Counted from the first letter of the stretch, positions 17,907 to 27,647 are shown. The stretch: 64,000 bases of DNA from an uncultured Gemmatimonadaceae bacterium (GCA_963790305.1 CAWBOC010000010.1:128001-192000), one strand, 5' to 3'. The notes: a model not told the origin generated them from the sequence alone. Program-made: numbers and translations.

Positions 17907-19685
17907 TTAACGCCGTTGGAATTCTGGCGCGCCTAACGCGAGGCCGATGATCTCCTTCAGACCATCGAGGTTCACCGGTCGGGAGAGCGGATCGCGGCGA
18001 TTCCGCCCTGCCGGTGCCATCTCCTCCTCCACGAGCGTTGGATCGGGGGCGAGCTCGGTCGTCGCGAGCGGGTTTTCCCCCCGCTCGAGGATTCCGCGGG
18101 ACTCGACACTTGCTTCGCCGCCGAGAAATCCCGCAATTACCCCGTCGACCTGCGCGGCGCGCGGAACGGAGGACAGCTCAGCGTATCGCGGCCATCGCTC
18201 CGGGCGCGCGCTCGGAATTGCGCCGCCCGCCATCGCCAGGCCGAAGTTGATTCGATTGAGGATGGCGCCAGTGTTGATCCAGGCGTCGCCCCGCTCCGGC
18301 CACCCGTTCGGAGCCTGGTGCAGAAACAGCGGCTGCCCAAGTCGCGCGACCACCTGGGCGGACCGGGCCGTCATGTCAGGAGTGGCGTTCATCACGCGCA
18401 GTGCACTCACGACGAGCTCGAATGGCGACTTCACCTTCGCGCGATACGCAGCCGACGCAAAGAACTCCTGCGATGTCACGATCGTGCGCACCACCTCGCG
18501 AATGTCGCCCTGAGTTCGCCGGAACGTCTCCGCCGCGCGATCCACGAGCGAGGCCGGGGGATCATCACTCACGAATCGCCGCGCAAGCTTGGTGGCAATG
18601 AAGCGCGCGGTGGACGGGTGCGCTGTCAGGATATCGAGGACCGTCTCGCCATCCTCCATCCCGTGCCCCGCGCCGATTCGCTGTCCCAGGATCACCTTCT
18701 CGCCGGCATCGTGCATGGCCGACCGGAAAATGAATCCCCCGCTCCGGCGCGGCTGCTCCAGCGTCCACCCCGTGAACGCACGCGCCACGTTGATGATGTC
18801 CTGCTGCGTGTAACCGCCGTCGACGCCAAGGGTGTGGAGCTCGAGGAGCTCACGGGCGTAGTTCTCGTTGAGGCCACGGCGGCGATCAGCGGGAATGCGG
18901 ACTGCGGATTGCGGATTGCGGATTGTGCGACGACGTCTCGCAGGCTGGCGATCGCATTCCGTATTCCGCATTCCGCATTCGAGGCTAGGTCTTCCCTCTT
19001 CGACGGAGCTTTGCCAGTTGTCGAGGTAAAACAGCATTGCCGGACTCTTCGCGACCGCGCCGAGGAGGTCTCGGAACCTTCCGAGCGCGTGCGGTCGGAT
19101 GGCTTCACGCTCGTATGCCGCGATGAAGTACCGCTCCGGTCCCTTGCCGGCGAAAACGGTAAAGTGATTCTCCCAGAAGTCGACCATCACCTCTTCGAGC
19201 TGGCGCTCGCTCGCAACCGCGCGCGCTACCTTGGCGATCTGCATCTCGGCTAAAACGCGGCGGGATTCCTGGCCGGCGCGCCGGAGCTCGAGCGAGTCGT
19301 CGCGCGACATGTCGGTGCGGCGCATCTGCGCCCGCACGACCTGCGGCGGTGGGTACCGTTCGAGCAGCTCCCGCGACGACAGCGAGAGCGTTGGCAGATC
19401 ACGAACGATGCGCTCCACCGCCGTGTCGCGGATGCGCGAGGGCTGAAGCTGGAGCGCGATCCACTGATCGACCCCGATCGCTCGCACGCGGTCGACATCG
19501 CCGGGCCGTGCGCCGAACGCAAGCCGGTTCAACGTGTGTCGGACCTGCTGGTCGGCGGTCTGCTCGCGCGGCTCGGTCGCAATCGCGGGCTCCGGGGCGC
19601 GGACGCCGTCGGACGACCCCGCTGGGGCACAAGCGATCCCGACTCCAGCAATGAGACCAAGCAGCCCACGTCGTACAGAAGTCAT
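17907..19685 (-). CDS. DUF1800 domain lipoprotein
   Basis: Lipobox GIA-C, LNRLAFGARPGD, MVDFWENHF, NENYARELLELHTLGV and KVKSPFE. Forms the usual pair with DUF1501. Confidence 0.9.
   Translation of the reverse strand: MTSVRRGLLGLIAGVGIACAPAGSSDGVRAPEPAIATEPREQTADQQVRHTLNRLAFGARPGDVDRVRAIGVDQWIALQLQPSRIRDTAVERIVRDLPTLSLSSRELLERYPPPQVVRAQMRRTDMSRDDSLELRRAGQESRRVLAEMQIAKVARAVASERQLEEVMVDFWENHFTVFAGKGPERYFIAAYEREAIRPHALGRFRDLLGAVAKSPAMLFYLDNWQSSVEEGRPSLECGMRNTECDRQPARRRRTIRNPQSAVRIPADRRRGLNENYARELLELHTLGVDGGYTQQDIINVARAFTGWTLEQPRRSGGFIFRSAMHDAGEKVILGQRIGAGHGMEDGETVLDILTAHPSTARFIATKLARRFVSDDPPASLVDRAAETFRRTQGDIREVVRTIVTSQEFFASAAYRAKVKSPFELVVSALRVMNATPDMTARSAQVVARLGQPLFLHQAPNGWPERGDAWINTGAILNRINFGLAMAGGAIPSARPERWPRYAELSSVPRAAQVDGVIAGFLGGEASVESRGILERGENPLATTELAPDPTLVEEEMAPAGRNRRDPLSRPVNLDGLKEIIGLALGAPEFQRR
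18892..18980. repeat. GCGGA(A/T)T heptamer palindrome inserted in frame in DUF1800
   Basis: Encodes ECGMRNTECDRQPARRRRTIRNPQSAVRIP just before the NENYARE motif. Confidence 0.85.
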
Positions 19686-19695
19686 CGTCGGATAC

Positions 19696-19739
19696 CCTCG
19701 AGCACCTTGAGCACCTCGAGCACCTTGAGCACCTCGAGC
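19696..19739. repeat. Tandem 9-mer (GAGCACCT(C/T))n
   Basis: cctcgagcaccttgagcacctcgagcaccttgagcacctcgagc upstream of the DUF1800 start. Confidence 0.85.
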
Positions 19740-19822
19740 CTGCAGTTCAATAGACGCCCGGCTCGATGGTTCGTTAATCGACCTCCGATGGCCCTCGATT
19801 TGCGCCCAGCCGCACGTGGAGG

Positions 19823-20902
19823 ATGCCAATGACCCGACATATCATACCGCTTTTGGTGCTCGCCGCGGCCTGCTCGGTGGAGAAGGCCGATCGCGACGCG
19901 ACCGACACGACCGCCACGCCGCCGCCGGCGGATACCGTACCACGCGCCGATACCGCGCGCGGTGTCGTGTTCGACACCACCCCGGCGATGGCCGCGACAG
20001 ACTCCGGCAACGTGCTCATGGGGCCCGAGGAGATACGACGCGGCGGAGTAGTGGTGGCCGTGGCGCAGGGGCTCACGATCGAAAGCCCGCGATGCGCATG
20101 GAAGGGCGCCCCGCTTCCGTGCTACCGGACTCCCGCCGGCGTACGCGCGCTCGTACCGCTGCCCGCCGATGAGCCCGGCGGCCGGTACGCTTTGGTCATC
20201 GAACGACCAGCCAGCCGCATTACCCGGGAGGTGACGGTCGCGGAGTCCAACTTCGAACAGGAGCTCATTTTCCTGGACGACTCGATTCACGCGCTCCTCA
20301 AGCGGGGGCGAGACATCGCGCGCGATGCGCGTGCCGTTCGCCGCGTACTCGAGACGGAAACCCCGGAGCAGCATTGGTCGGGCGCGTGGCGAATGCCCCT
20401 CGAGGGTGGGAAGTCATCGAAGTATGGCGTCGAGCGGTTCTACTATCGCGCGTCCGATTCCACGCGGGTGGTCCGGCTCGAGCCGTCGGCCCGTGCCCGC
20501 GGATCATTCGGCGCCGACACGGTGTCTGCCGCGCAGGACGTGCCGGCCTGGCGTCACGCCGGCGTCGATATCGCCGCTGCCCGTGGAACGAGCGTTCGCG
20601 CACCACAGGCTGGCGCCGTCGCCGAAGTTGGAGATTACGTACTGACCGGCAGGACCCTCATATTGGACCATGGTCAGGGAGTGCACTCCGCGTATTTCCA
20701 CCTCGATACTGTCCTCGTCCGTGAAGGCGATGTGGTGCGAAGGGGCGCGACGCTCGCGCGCGTGGGCGCCTCGGGGCTCGCCACCGGCCCGCACCTGCAC
20801 TATGGGATCTACCTTCACGGGAAGGACGTGGATCCGGCGGTCTGGCACGCGATCGCGGCCAGCACGCTCGATCCAGGCGCCGCTCGCACCGCGCCTCGTT
20901 AG
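19823..20902 (+). CDS. M23 family metallopeptidase lipoprotein
   Basis: Lipobox AAA-C, HAGVD (HxxxD) and ATGPHLHY (HxH). Confidence 0.9.
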   Translation: MPMTRHIIPLLVLAAACSVEKADRDATDTTATPPPADTVPRADTARGVVFDTTPAMAATDSGNVLMGPEEIRRGGVVVAVAQGLTIESPRCAWKGAPLPCYRTPAGVRALVPLPADEPGGRYALVIERPASRITREVTVAESNFEQELIFLDDSIHALLKRGRDIARDARAVRRVLETETPEQHWSGAWRMPLEGGKSSKYGVERFYYRASDSTRVVRLEPSARARGSFGADTVSAAQDVPAWRHAGVDIAAARGTSVRAPQAGAVAEVGDYVLTGRTLILDHGQGVHSAYFHLDTVLVREGDVVRRGATLARVGASGLATGPHLHYGIYLHGKDVDPAVWHAIAASTLDPGAARTAPR

Positions 20903-20926
20903 GGTCTGTGTCGACCGGGGGCGCTC

Positions 20927-22135
20927 GTGAAGCGCCACCCGGTCGCTGTCGTTCTCCTCACCGTCTTCGTCGACCTCCTCGGGTTCGGCATCGTTCTGCC
21001 GATCCTGCCCTTCTACGCACAGCGGTACGGCGCATCGCCAGTGCAGATCGGGGCGATCATCGCCGCGTTCTCGCTGATGCAGTTCCTTTTCACCCCGGTG
21101 TGGGGCCGCGTCTCCGACCGCGTGGGCCGCCGTCCCGTCATTCTCGTCTCACTCTTCGGCTCGGTCGCGAGCTACCTGCTCTTTGCCCGCGCCGAGAGTG
21201 TCCTTGCGCTGCTGGGGTCTCGCATGCTCGCTGGCGTCGCGGGGGCCAATCTCGCCGCCGCGCAGGCATACATCGCCGACGTCACCACTCCCGAGACGCG
21301 CGCACGCGGCATGGGTTGGATCAGTGCCGCCTTCGGGCTCGGGTACATGCTCGGCCCCCCAATCGCCGCGGTCGTCAGCGTCCGGTGGGGCGTGCACGCG
21401 CCGGGCTACGTCGCGGCGGCGCTCGCCTTCATCAACCTCGTGCTCGCGCGCCTGTGGCTGCCCGAGGCAGTTCCAACCGCCGACAAGTCGCTCATGCACC
21501 GCACGTTCGACCCGCGCCTGTTGCACCGCGTGCTCAAACGACCGGTGCTGGGCGGCGTGACGCTTTCCATGACGGCCGTTGCGCTGGCGACCTCCGGCGT
21601 GACGGCGATGCTCGCACTCTACCTGCAGGCGCGCTTCGCGTTCGACGCGACTCATACCGCGTGGGTATTCTCGCTGATCGGACTGACCTCGTCGGCGATC
21701 CAGCTCGGTCTCGTTCATACCCTCGTCACGCGGTTCGGCGAGAGGCGGATCTCCATCACCGGGATCGCGCTGCTGGCCGTTTCGCTCCTCGCGATCGCCC
21801 TGGCCCCAACGCCTGGGATCCTCCGAGTCGTGATGGTGCTCTACGCCGTCGGCTTCGCTCTCACGGGTCCGAGCGCTCTGAGCCTGGTCTCACGGGCGGC
21901 CAGTGAGGGCGAACAGGGTATGGTCATCGGCGTTGTCCAGTCGCTGGGGGCCCTGGCGCGGGTCGTCGGCCCGATGGCGGCTGGCGTCGCCCTGGGGCGC
22001 CTGGGCGCCGGCGCCCCCATGGTGGCCGGCAGTATCGTATGCGCGTTGGCGAGCGTCTATATGTGGCATCATCTCCGTCCCAAATCCCGCGCCGGCGAAG
22101 TGGCCGGACCCGCCGCTCTCCCTGTTGGGGACTGA
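20927..22135 (+). CDS. MFS transporter, TetA/DHA1-like
   Basis: VFVDLLGFGIVLPILP, motif A GRVSDRVGRRPV and about 12 hydrophobic segments. Confidence 0.92.
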   Translation: MKRHPVAVVLLTVFVDLLGFGIVLPILPFYAQRYGASPVQIGAIIAAFSLMQFLFTPVWGRVSDRVGRRPVILVSLFGSVASYLLFARAESVLALLGSRMLAGVAGANLAAAQAYIADVTTPETRARGMGWISAAFGLGYMLGPPIAAVVSVRWGVHAPGYVAAALAFINLVLARLWLPEAVPTADKSLMHRTFDPRLLHRVLKRPVLGGVTLSMTAVALATSGVTAMLALYLQARFAFDATHTAWVFSLIGLTSSAIQLGLVHTLVTRFGERRISITGIALLAVSLLAIALAPTPGILRVVMVLYAVGFALTGPSALSLVSRAASEGEQGMVIGVVQSLGALARVVGPMAAGVALGRLGAGAPMVAGSIVCALASVYMWHHLRPKSRAGEVAGPAALPVGD

Positions 22136-22171
22136 AGGACGACGCAGTCCTTTCCGCTCCGAGGCATCGTT

Positions 22172-25100
22172 ATCCGCATCGACGACCTGACGAAGCTGCC
22201 GCTTCGTAGCGCGTTCATCGAGCAGCTCACGGCCGCGCTCGAGATCGCGTCGGCCACAGGCCAGCCGGTGTCGCTGCTCGTCATCGACATCGATCTCTTC
22301 AAGCTGGTGAACGATACCTACGGTCACCTGCAGGGAGATCGTGTGCTCGTCGAGATCGCGGAGCTGCTGCGGCAGAACCTGCGCGCCGACGACCTGGCCG
22401 CTCGTTATGCGGGGGATGAGCTCGTCGCTCTCCTGCCGAATACGCCGGCCGACCGCGCTCGCGAGGTCGCCGAGCGACTGTGTGCCGCCGTGCGCGGACA
22501 TGCCTTCCAGGTGCGGGACCGCGACGAGCGTCTGTCCACCAGTATCTCGATTGGCGTCGCGACCTCTCCGGAGAACGGTGTCGACCCGGACGCGCTGTTC
22601 GCGGCCGCTGACCGCGCGCTCTATCAGGTGAAGCGACAAGGGCGCGACGGTGTCGCCGTCGCGACCGCCGGTGCAGCCGACAGCGGTCATCTGCCCCTCG
22701 GAATTGAGCGGTTCGTGGGTCGCGTGAACGAGCTGCGTCAACTCGTGAGACTGCTCGACAATGCGAAGGCGGGGCGTCCGGCCATCGTCGCCATCGCGGG
22801 CGAGGCGGGCATCGGCAAAACGACGTTGCTGCGCCAGCTCGAGCCCGAGGTCCGACTGCGGTCGGGCTCGCTTGTCATCGGACGAGGGCGCGAGGCCGAC
22901 GTTCAGCCGCCCTATGCTCCGTGGGCGGAAGTACTGTCGGCCATTCGCCGAACCACGCCGCAAACCGATCGAACGTGGCACGAGCTCCCGCATCTCGTGC
23001 CCGCACTCGCCGCGAGCGACCGGCCGGCGCCGGGCTCGCGCGTCGGCAGCAAGTACATGCTGCTCGAGGAGATCTCTGAGTACGTGCGAACGGCGGCGCG
23101 CGACCGCCTGCTCGTCATCGTGCTCGATGACGTCCAATGGGCGGATTCAGCCTCGTGGGACATGCTCGAGTTCCTCGTCGGACAGCTCGGATCCGAGCAC
23201 CTGCTCATCTGCCTGACGATTCGTGCCGAGGAGATGCAGGGGGAAACTCTCGAACGTCGCCGCCGACTCTCGCGCAATGAGCGCTTTCGCGAGCTCACCC
23301 TGTCTCGCCTCGCGCGTGACGAGCTCAAGCAGTGGCTTCAGGCCGCCTTTCATCGACAGGAGATCGGCCGCGAGCTGCTCGCGTTCCTGTACCACCACAC
23401 CGAGGGTAATCCACTCTTCGTCGTTCAGGTGCTGCGTACCCTGGTCGAGGAAGGTTCGATCTGGCACGATCGCGACCATTGGGAGTGGCGCCCCGTGTCG
23501 GAGCTCCGGCTCCCGGTCGCGATCACCGACCTCATCTCGCGGCGTCTCTCGCGCCTTTCTGCGAAAGCACAGGCCGTCCTGACGACCGTGGCCGTCATCG
23601 GCCGCGAGTTCGATCTCGACCTCGCCATCGAGGCGAAAGCGGGCACCGAGGCGGAGCTGCTCGACGTGATCGATGAGGGAATGCGGGCCTCGGTGCTTCA
23701 GCCTACCGCGGCGCGGGGAGGCGATCGATACGCGTTCGCCCACGTCCTCATGGCCGAGGTCCTCACCGAGTCCGTGAACGCCCGCCGCCTGCGGCGGATG
23801 CACGAGCAGGTCGCTCAGGCCATGGAGCGTCTGACGCCTGACGCCATTGCCGAAATCGCGACGCATTACGACCGCGGTGGGGTTGGAACCAAGGCGTACG
23901 AGTATGCCATGCTCGCCGCCGAGCGTGCGCGACTCGTGTACGCCCACCAGGAAAGTGCCGACTTCTTGCGCATCGCCGAGCGTAACTCGAGCTCTGCCGC
24001 CCAGCTGGCCGAGGTTCGTGTGCGGCGGGCCGAGGTCGCTGAGTCGGTGGGTCGTTATGAAGAAGCCGAAGAGATGTGTGATCTGGCCATCGAGTGGTTC
24101 ACCGGACAGGGAGAGAGCCGGCGCGCGATCTCGCTGCGCCGGATGCGAGAACGGGTGCGGGCACTGCTTGGCCAGCCGAACGCGAGGACGCTCGAGCACT
24201 GCCTCGCCCTCGATGCAGAAGCTCTGGCGCACGGCTTCGACGACGAGCGCGTTTCGCTCCTCACCATGATCTCGCAGACGTACGGCCGCCTCGGCGACCG
24301 CGTCGAGGCGGAGCGCGTTGCCGTTGAGTGTGTTCGCATCGCCCAACAACTCGGGGATCCGCTGCGACTGGCGGAGTCGCTCAACCGCCTCGGGATCACG
24401 CTGGCGCAGGACGAGCCGGCCCGCGCCATCGAGCACTACGAGCGTGCGCTGGCCCTCTTCGAGCGCGCCGGAGACCTCGTGGGACAGGCGCGATGCCGCA
24501 ACAACATGGGCATCGTGTACTCGAGCCTCGGCAAGTGGCAGCGCGCGACGGACGAGCTCACCGCATCGATGTCGCTGGCGCGGAGCGCGGGCACGCCCGA
24601 GCAGACAGGGACCGCCGGGATCAACCTTGGCGTCGCCCATCTGAAATGCGGCGATTTCGAGCGTGCGCGCGAGCTGTTCGGTGAGGCGCTCGCGATCTTC
24701 GCGGCGCAGAAGAGCACCGAGCGACAGCTGTACGCGCTGTACAACCTCGCGCACCTCGATCGCGAGCGTGGCGAACATGCGTCGGCGCGCGAGCTGTACG
24801 ACGTGGTGCTCGGCATCGCACGAGGGATCGGCCAATCCGATGTCGAGCTGGGCGCACTCGCCGGCGAAGGGCTGGTGCTGCTGCGCATGGGATTGGTCGA
24901 CGATGCCCGCGTCTCGCTCAATGACGTGGAAGCGCGGATGCAGGCGCGGCCCGACTGGTTCCAGGGACGCGAGCTTGCGGAGGCGCTTCGTGTCCGCCTC
25001 GCAGCGCTCGAGTCCATGACCGGTGCAGTGTCAATGTTCTATCGCGCGCTCGCGCTCGCCGAGACGACCGACTTCTATGGCGCGGCGTGGCTCATCGCAG

Positions 25101-25234
25101 AATGCGCCGACATCCTCGATGCACACGACCGCGCGCTGCTGCGCAGCTCCGTGAATCGTTTCGCCCCGCAGGTGAAGAGCCAGGGCTATCACGGGATGAG
25201 CCGTCGATATACCGAACTGCTCTCTCGGGAATAA
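22172..25234 (+). CDS. GGDEF + AAA (STAND-like) ATPase + TPR multidomain signalling protein; start uncertain
   Basis: DDLTKLPLR (22181), DIDLFKLVNDTYGHLQGD, RYAGDEL, Walker A GEAGIGKT, LDDVQWAD, TEGNPLF and C-terminal TPRs. The first canonical start (22268) lies inside the GGDEF domain. Confidence 0.85.
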   Translation: MRIDDLTKLPLRSAFIEQLTAALEIASATGQPVSLLVIDIDLFKLVNDTYGHLQGDRVLVEIAELLRQNLRADDLAARYAGDELVALLPNTPADRAREVAERLCAAVRGHAFQVRDRDERLSTSISIGVATSPENGVDPDALFAAADRALYQVKRQGRDGVAVATAGAADSGHLPLGIERFVGRVNELRQLVRLLDNAKAGRPAIVAIAGEAGIGKTTLLRQLEPEVRLRSGSLVIGRGREADVQPPYAPWAEVLSAIRRTTPQTDRTWHELPHLVPALAASDRPAPGSRVGSKYMLLEEISEYVRTAARDRLLVIVLDDVQWADSASWDMLEFLVGQLGSEHLLICLTIRAEEMQGETLERRRRLSRNERFRELTLSRLARDELKQWLQAAFHRQEIGRELLAFLYHHTEGNPLFVVQVLRTLVEEGSIWHDRDHWEWRPVSELRLPVAITDLISRRLSRLSAKAQAVLTTVAVIGREFDLDLAIEAKAGTEAELLDVIDEGMRASVLQPTAARGGDRYAFAHVLMAEVLTESVNARRLRRMHEQVAQAMERLTPDAIAEIATHYDRGGVGTKAYEYAMLAAERARLVYAHQESADFLRIAERNSSSAAQLAEVRVRRAEVAESVGRYEEAEEMCDLAIEWFTGQGESRRAISLRRMRERVRALLGQPNARTLEHCLALDAEALAHGFDDERVSLLTMISQTYGRLGDRVEAERVAVECVRIAQQLGDPLRLAESLNRLGITLAQDEPARAIEHYERALALFERAGDLVGQARCRNNMGIVYSSLGKWQRATDELTASMSLARSAGTPEQTGTAGINLGVAHLKCGDFERARELFGEALAIFAAQKSTERQLYALYNLAHLDRERGEHASARELYDVVLGIARGIGQSDVELGALAGEGLVLLRMGLVDDARVSLNDVEARMQARPDWFQGRELAEALRVRLAALESMTGAVSMFYRALALAETTDFYGAAWLIAECADILDAHDRALLRSSVNRFAPQVKSQGYHGMSRRYTELLSRE

Positions 25235-25361
25235 CGACCGCGTCTCGCCGGACAGCGTGACCGAATTGCGCCTGCGACAGATGGCGGCGCTATTTCGTGA
25301 AAATCCCCTAACGACACTTCTGGCTTGGAGTTGTGCGCACTGCGAAGTGGCGGTGCCATCG

Positions 25362-25377
25362 TGGTATGCGCCCTGCT
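25362..25377 (+). promoter_or_regulatory. Candidate sigma54 (-24/-12) promoter
   Basis: TGGTATG-CGCC-CTGCT fits GG-N10-GC, about 55 nt before ATG 25433. Confidence 0.5.
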
Positions 25378-25432
25378 TTTCCCAGGGCCACAGGTAGTAG
25401 TCCCCCCGGACTCTCTTTCGGAAAAGGTTCGC

Positions 25433-26080
25433 ATGCTTGCTCGCCATATTCGCTGGAGCACGTTGATCGCCCTGGTGGCCATTACGGCTGCCTGTGCCGA
25501 CGACTCCGTGTCACCGCTGTCTCCGAAGACGGATCGGCTGCCGGGCGGAGCCCCGAACATGCTGATCGTCATCAATCAGATGGCTGCCGACGAGCGCTCC
25601 GGTGAATTCACGGTCGATCAGGGCGGCGGCTATTTCCGCATGGGCAAGCACGGAATCGTGTTCCCGCGCAACGCCATCTGCGATCCGGCGCGGTCGGAGT
25701 ATGGACCGCACGCGTGGGACAACGAGTGCCCGGTTCTGCGTGAGCCGATCCGGATTCGCGCCGAGCTTCGCACGCAGGATGGTCGCGAGTGGGTCGACTT
25801 CACGCCCGAGCTTCGCTTCCGCCCGTCGCGCAATCCGTACGAGTGGGTGTGGATCTACATGCTCGTTGGCAGCGCGCAGTTCAACGAGTCGCTGAACATT
25901 CTCTGGTCACCGGCGATTGGTATCCCGGGCATCGACGAGTCGCTGCAGGATCCGACGCAGCGCACGTACGTGGCGGGTGGGTACGCGTACCGTCGCATCA
26001 AGCACTTCAGTGGGTACAACGTGACGTCCGGACGCGCGGTGTCCGACAATGCCGCACGAGAGGTTTCGCCGGACCAGTAA
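25433..26080 (+). CDS. Hypothetical lipoprotein with a C-terminal HFS motif (possibly ZU5-like)
   Basis: Lipobox TAA-C, VDQGGG...GIVFPRNAI and RIKHFSGY near the C-terminus. Confidence 0.7.
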   Translation: MLARHIRWSTLIALVAITAACADDSVSPLSPKTDRLPGGAPNMLIVINQMAADERSGEFTVDQGGGYFRMGKHGIVFPRNAICDPARSEYGPHAWDNECPVLREPIRIRAELRTQDGREWVDFTPELRFRPSRNPYEWVWIYMLVGSAQFNESLNILWSPAIGIPGIDESLQDPTQRTYVAGGYAYRRIKHFSGYNVTSGRAVSDNAAREVSPDQ

Positions 26081-26111
26081 CCAATGGGTGGTGGGGTGGG
26101 GTGGTGGGGAT

Positions 26112-26140
26112 GCGGGGCGTGGCCGACGGTCACGCCCCGC
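26112..26140. terminator. Hairpin at the junction of convergent genes
   Basis: GCGGGGCGTG GCC GAC GGT CACGCCCCGC. Confidence 0.5.
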
Positions 26141-26825
26141 TTATCATGTAGCCCACACCGCGCACGGTACGAATCAGCGGCTGCGCCTTGTCGTCGCCGA
26201 GCTTCTTGCGCAGGTAGTTGATGTACACGTCGACGACGTTCGTCGCGGGGTCTACCTCGTACTTCCACACGTGTTCGGCGATGAGCGATCGCGATACGGC
26301 CTGGCCGGCGTTGCGGACGAGAAACTCGAGCAGCGCATATTCCTTCTGCGTCAGGTCGATCTCGCGTCCGCTTCGCTCGACACGTCTGGTGAGGGGATCA
26401 ATGGTCACGTCGCCCGCACGAAGGGTGTGATCCGCCGCGAGGGACGCACGTCGCAGAAGCGCTTTCACGCGGGCAATGAGCTCGGTGAGGTCGAATGGCT
26501 TCGGCAGATAGTCGTCGGCGCCCGCTTCCAGCCCGCTCACCTTGTCCGAGACCGTGCCGCGCGCGGTGAGCATGAGAATCGGAGATCGAAATCCCTTCTC
26601 CCGCAGCTCGCGCGTCACAGAGACGCCGTCGCGATCGGGCAGACCGACATCGACGAGCACCACCTCTGGACGTTGCGAGAGCGCAAGCTGAAGCCCACTC
26701 TGTCCATCCGATGCGCTCTTCACCGAAAAGCCGGCGCCCCCGAGGACGCGCTCGACGGCGGACCGCACGTCGGGATCGTCCTCGATCAAGAGGATCGTGT
26801 GCGCCTGAGTACCGGAATCGCTCAT
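26130..26825 (-). CDS. OmpR/PhoB-family response regulator (no adjacent kinase)
   Basis: LLIEDD, LVDVGLPD, GADDYLPKPF, LTQKEYALL, NVVDVYINYLRKKL and IRTVRGVGY. Confidence 0.95.
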   Translation of the reverse strand: MSDSGTQAHTILLIEDDPDVRSAVERVLGGAGFSVKSASDGQSGLQLALSQRPEVVLVDVGLPDRDGVSVTRELREKGFRSPILMLTARGTVSDKVSGLEAGADDYLPKPFDLTELIARVKALLRRASLAADHTLRAGDVTIDPLTRRVERSGREIDLTQKEYALLEFLVRNAGQAVSRSLIAEHVWKYEVDPATNVVDVYINYLRKKLGDDKAQPLIRTVRGVGYMISGA

Positions 26826-26869
26826 AGTCGGAGAAACATGACCGCGTCTGCTCGGCGAGGCAACGTGCA

Positions 26870-26945
26870 GAGGTCGTCGAGGTTGTCGAGGAGATCGAGG
26901 TGAAGCGACGACCCTCGATCACCTCGACAACCTGAACGACCTGTT
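26870..26945. repeat. Imperfect palindrome of GAGGTCGTC-type 9-mers
   Basis: gaggtcgtcgaggttgtcgaggagatcgagg ... cctcgatcacctcgacaacctgaacgacct. Confidence 0.8.
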
Positions 26946-26998
26946 GTTCCAACGTTATGCACTTTTAACGAATCGGAAGGCAGACTATTCTTCCGCCC

Positions 26999-27445
26999 AT
27001 GCTCCGCGACCGTTTGCTGCGTGGTGTGTGGATCGGACTTGTGGCAGCGGCGGCGACCGCGGGGGCACTGGTCGGCTTCGGCTGGGTGCGAGGCTCGCCG
27101 GTGCAGCCGCTGAACACGATCGCCCACGTGCTGGTTGGAAGCCGCGCCTTCTACGTCCGCGAGGCGCATCCTCTGGTGACACCGGTGGGGATTCTCGTGC
27201 ACGCCCTCTCGCTGATCCTCTGGGGGATGCTGTTCTCACTGGCAGTGGGGCGGCGACGCGGCGCGTGGCTATGGGTGGGCGCGGTCCTGTTCGCCGTGGC
27301 GGTCGCCGCCATCGATTTCCTGGTTCTTCCGGCTCGCCTCTCACCAGGGTTCGAGGCAGTGGTCACGCGCGGCGAGATCATCGTCATCTACGCCCTCATG
27401 GCAGCCGCGATGGGGATCACGGCGGGAAGCCTCCGCGAGAGCTAG
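26999..27445 (+). CDS. Hypothetical integral membrane protein
   Basis: Four hydrophobic segments in 148 aa. Confidence 0.7.
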   Translation: MLRDRLLRGVWIGLVAAAATAGALVGFGWVRGSPVQPLNTIAHVLVGSRAFYVREAHPLVTPVGILVHALSLILWGMLFSLAVGRRRGAWLWVGAVLFAVAVAAIDFLVLPARLSPGFEAVVTRGEIIVIYALMAAAMGITAGSLRES

Positions 27446-27647
27446 GCGAACGCCCCTCGTCATTTCCTCCATTGTCTCCCCCTCGCGACATTGTGTCCGA
27501 CGTCCCACGCTCGGTCACACTCGCGTCACGCGTCACGGTGCCCGGAACTTTCCATGGCGCATTGTGTTGCACCATAGGGCAACGACGCACGCGGGACGGC
27601 CTCGCTCTTGCCAGTAGCGTGTGTGAGTTGCTCGTGACGTGGTGTGC

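Noticed and set aside
27555..27612. Sigma54 promoter or NtrC site upstream of 27648
   Set aside because: One candidate has 11-nt spacing and the other matches the consensus poorly.
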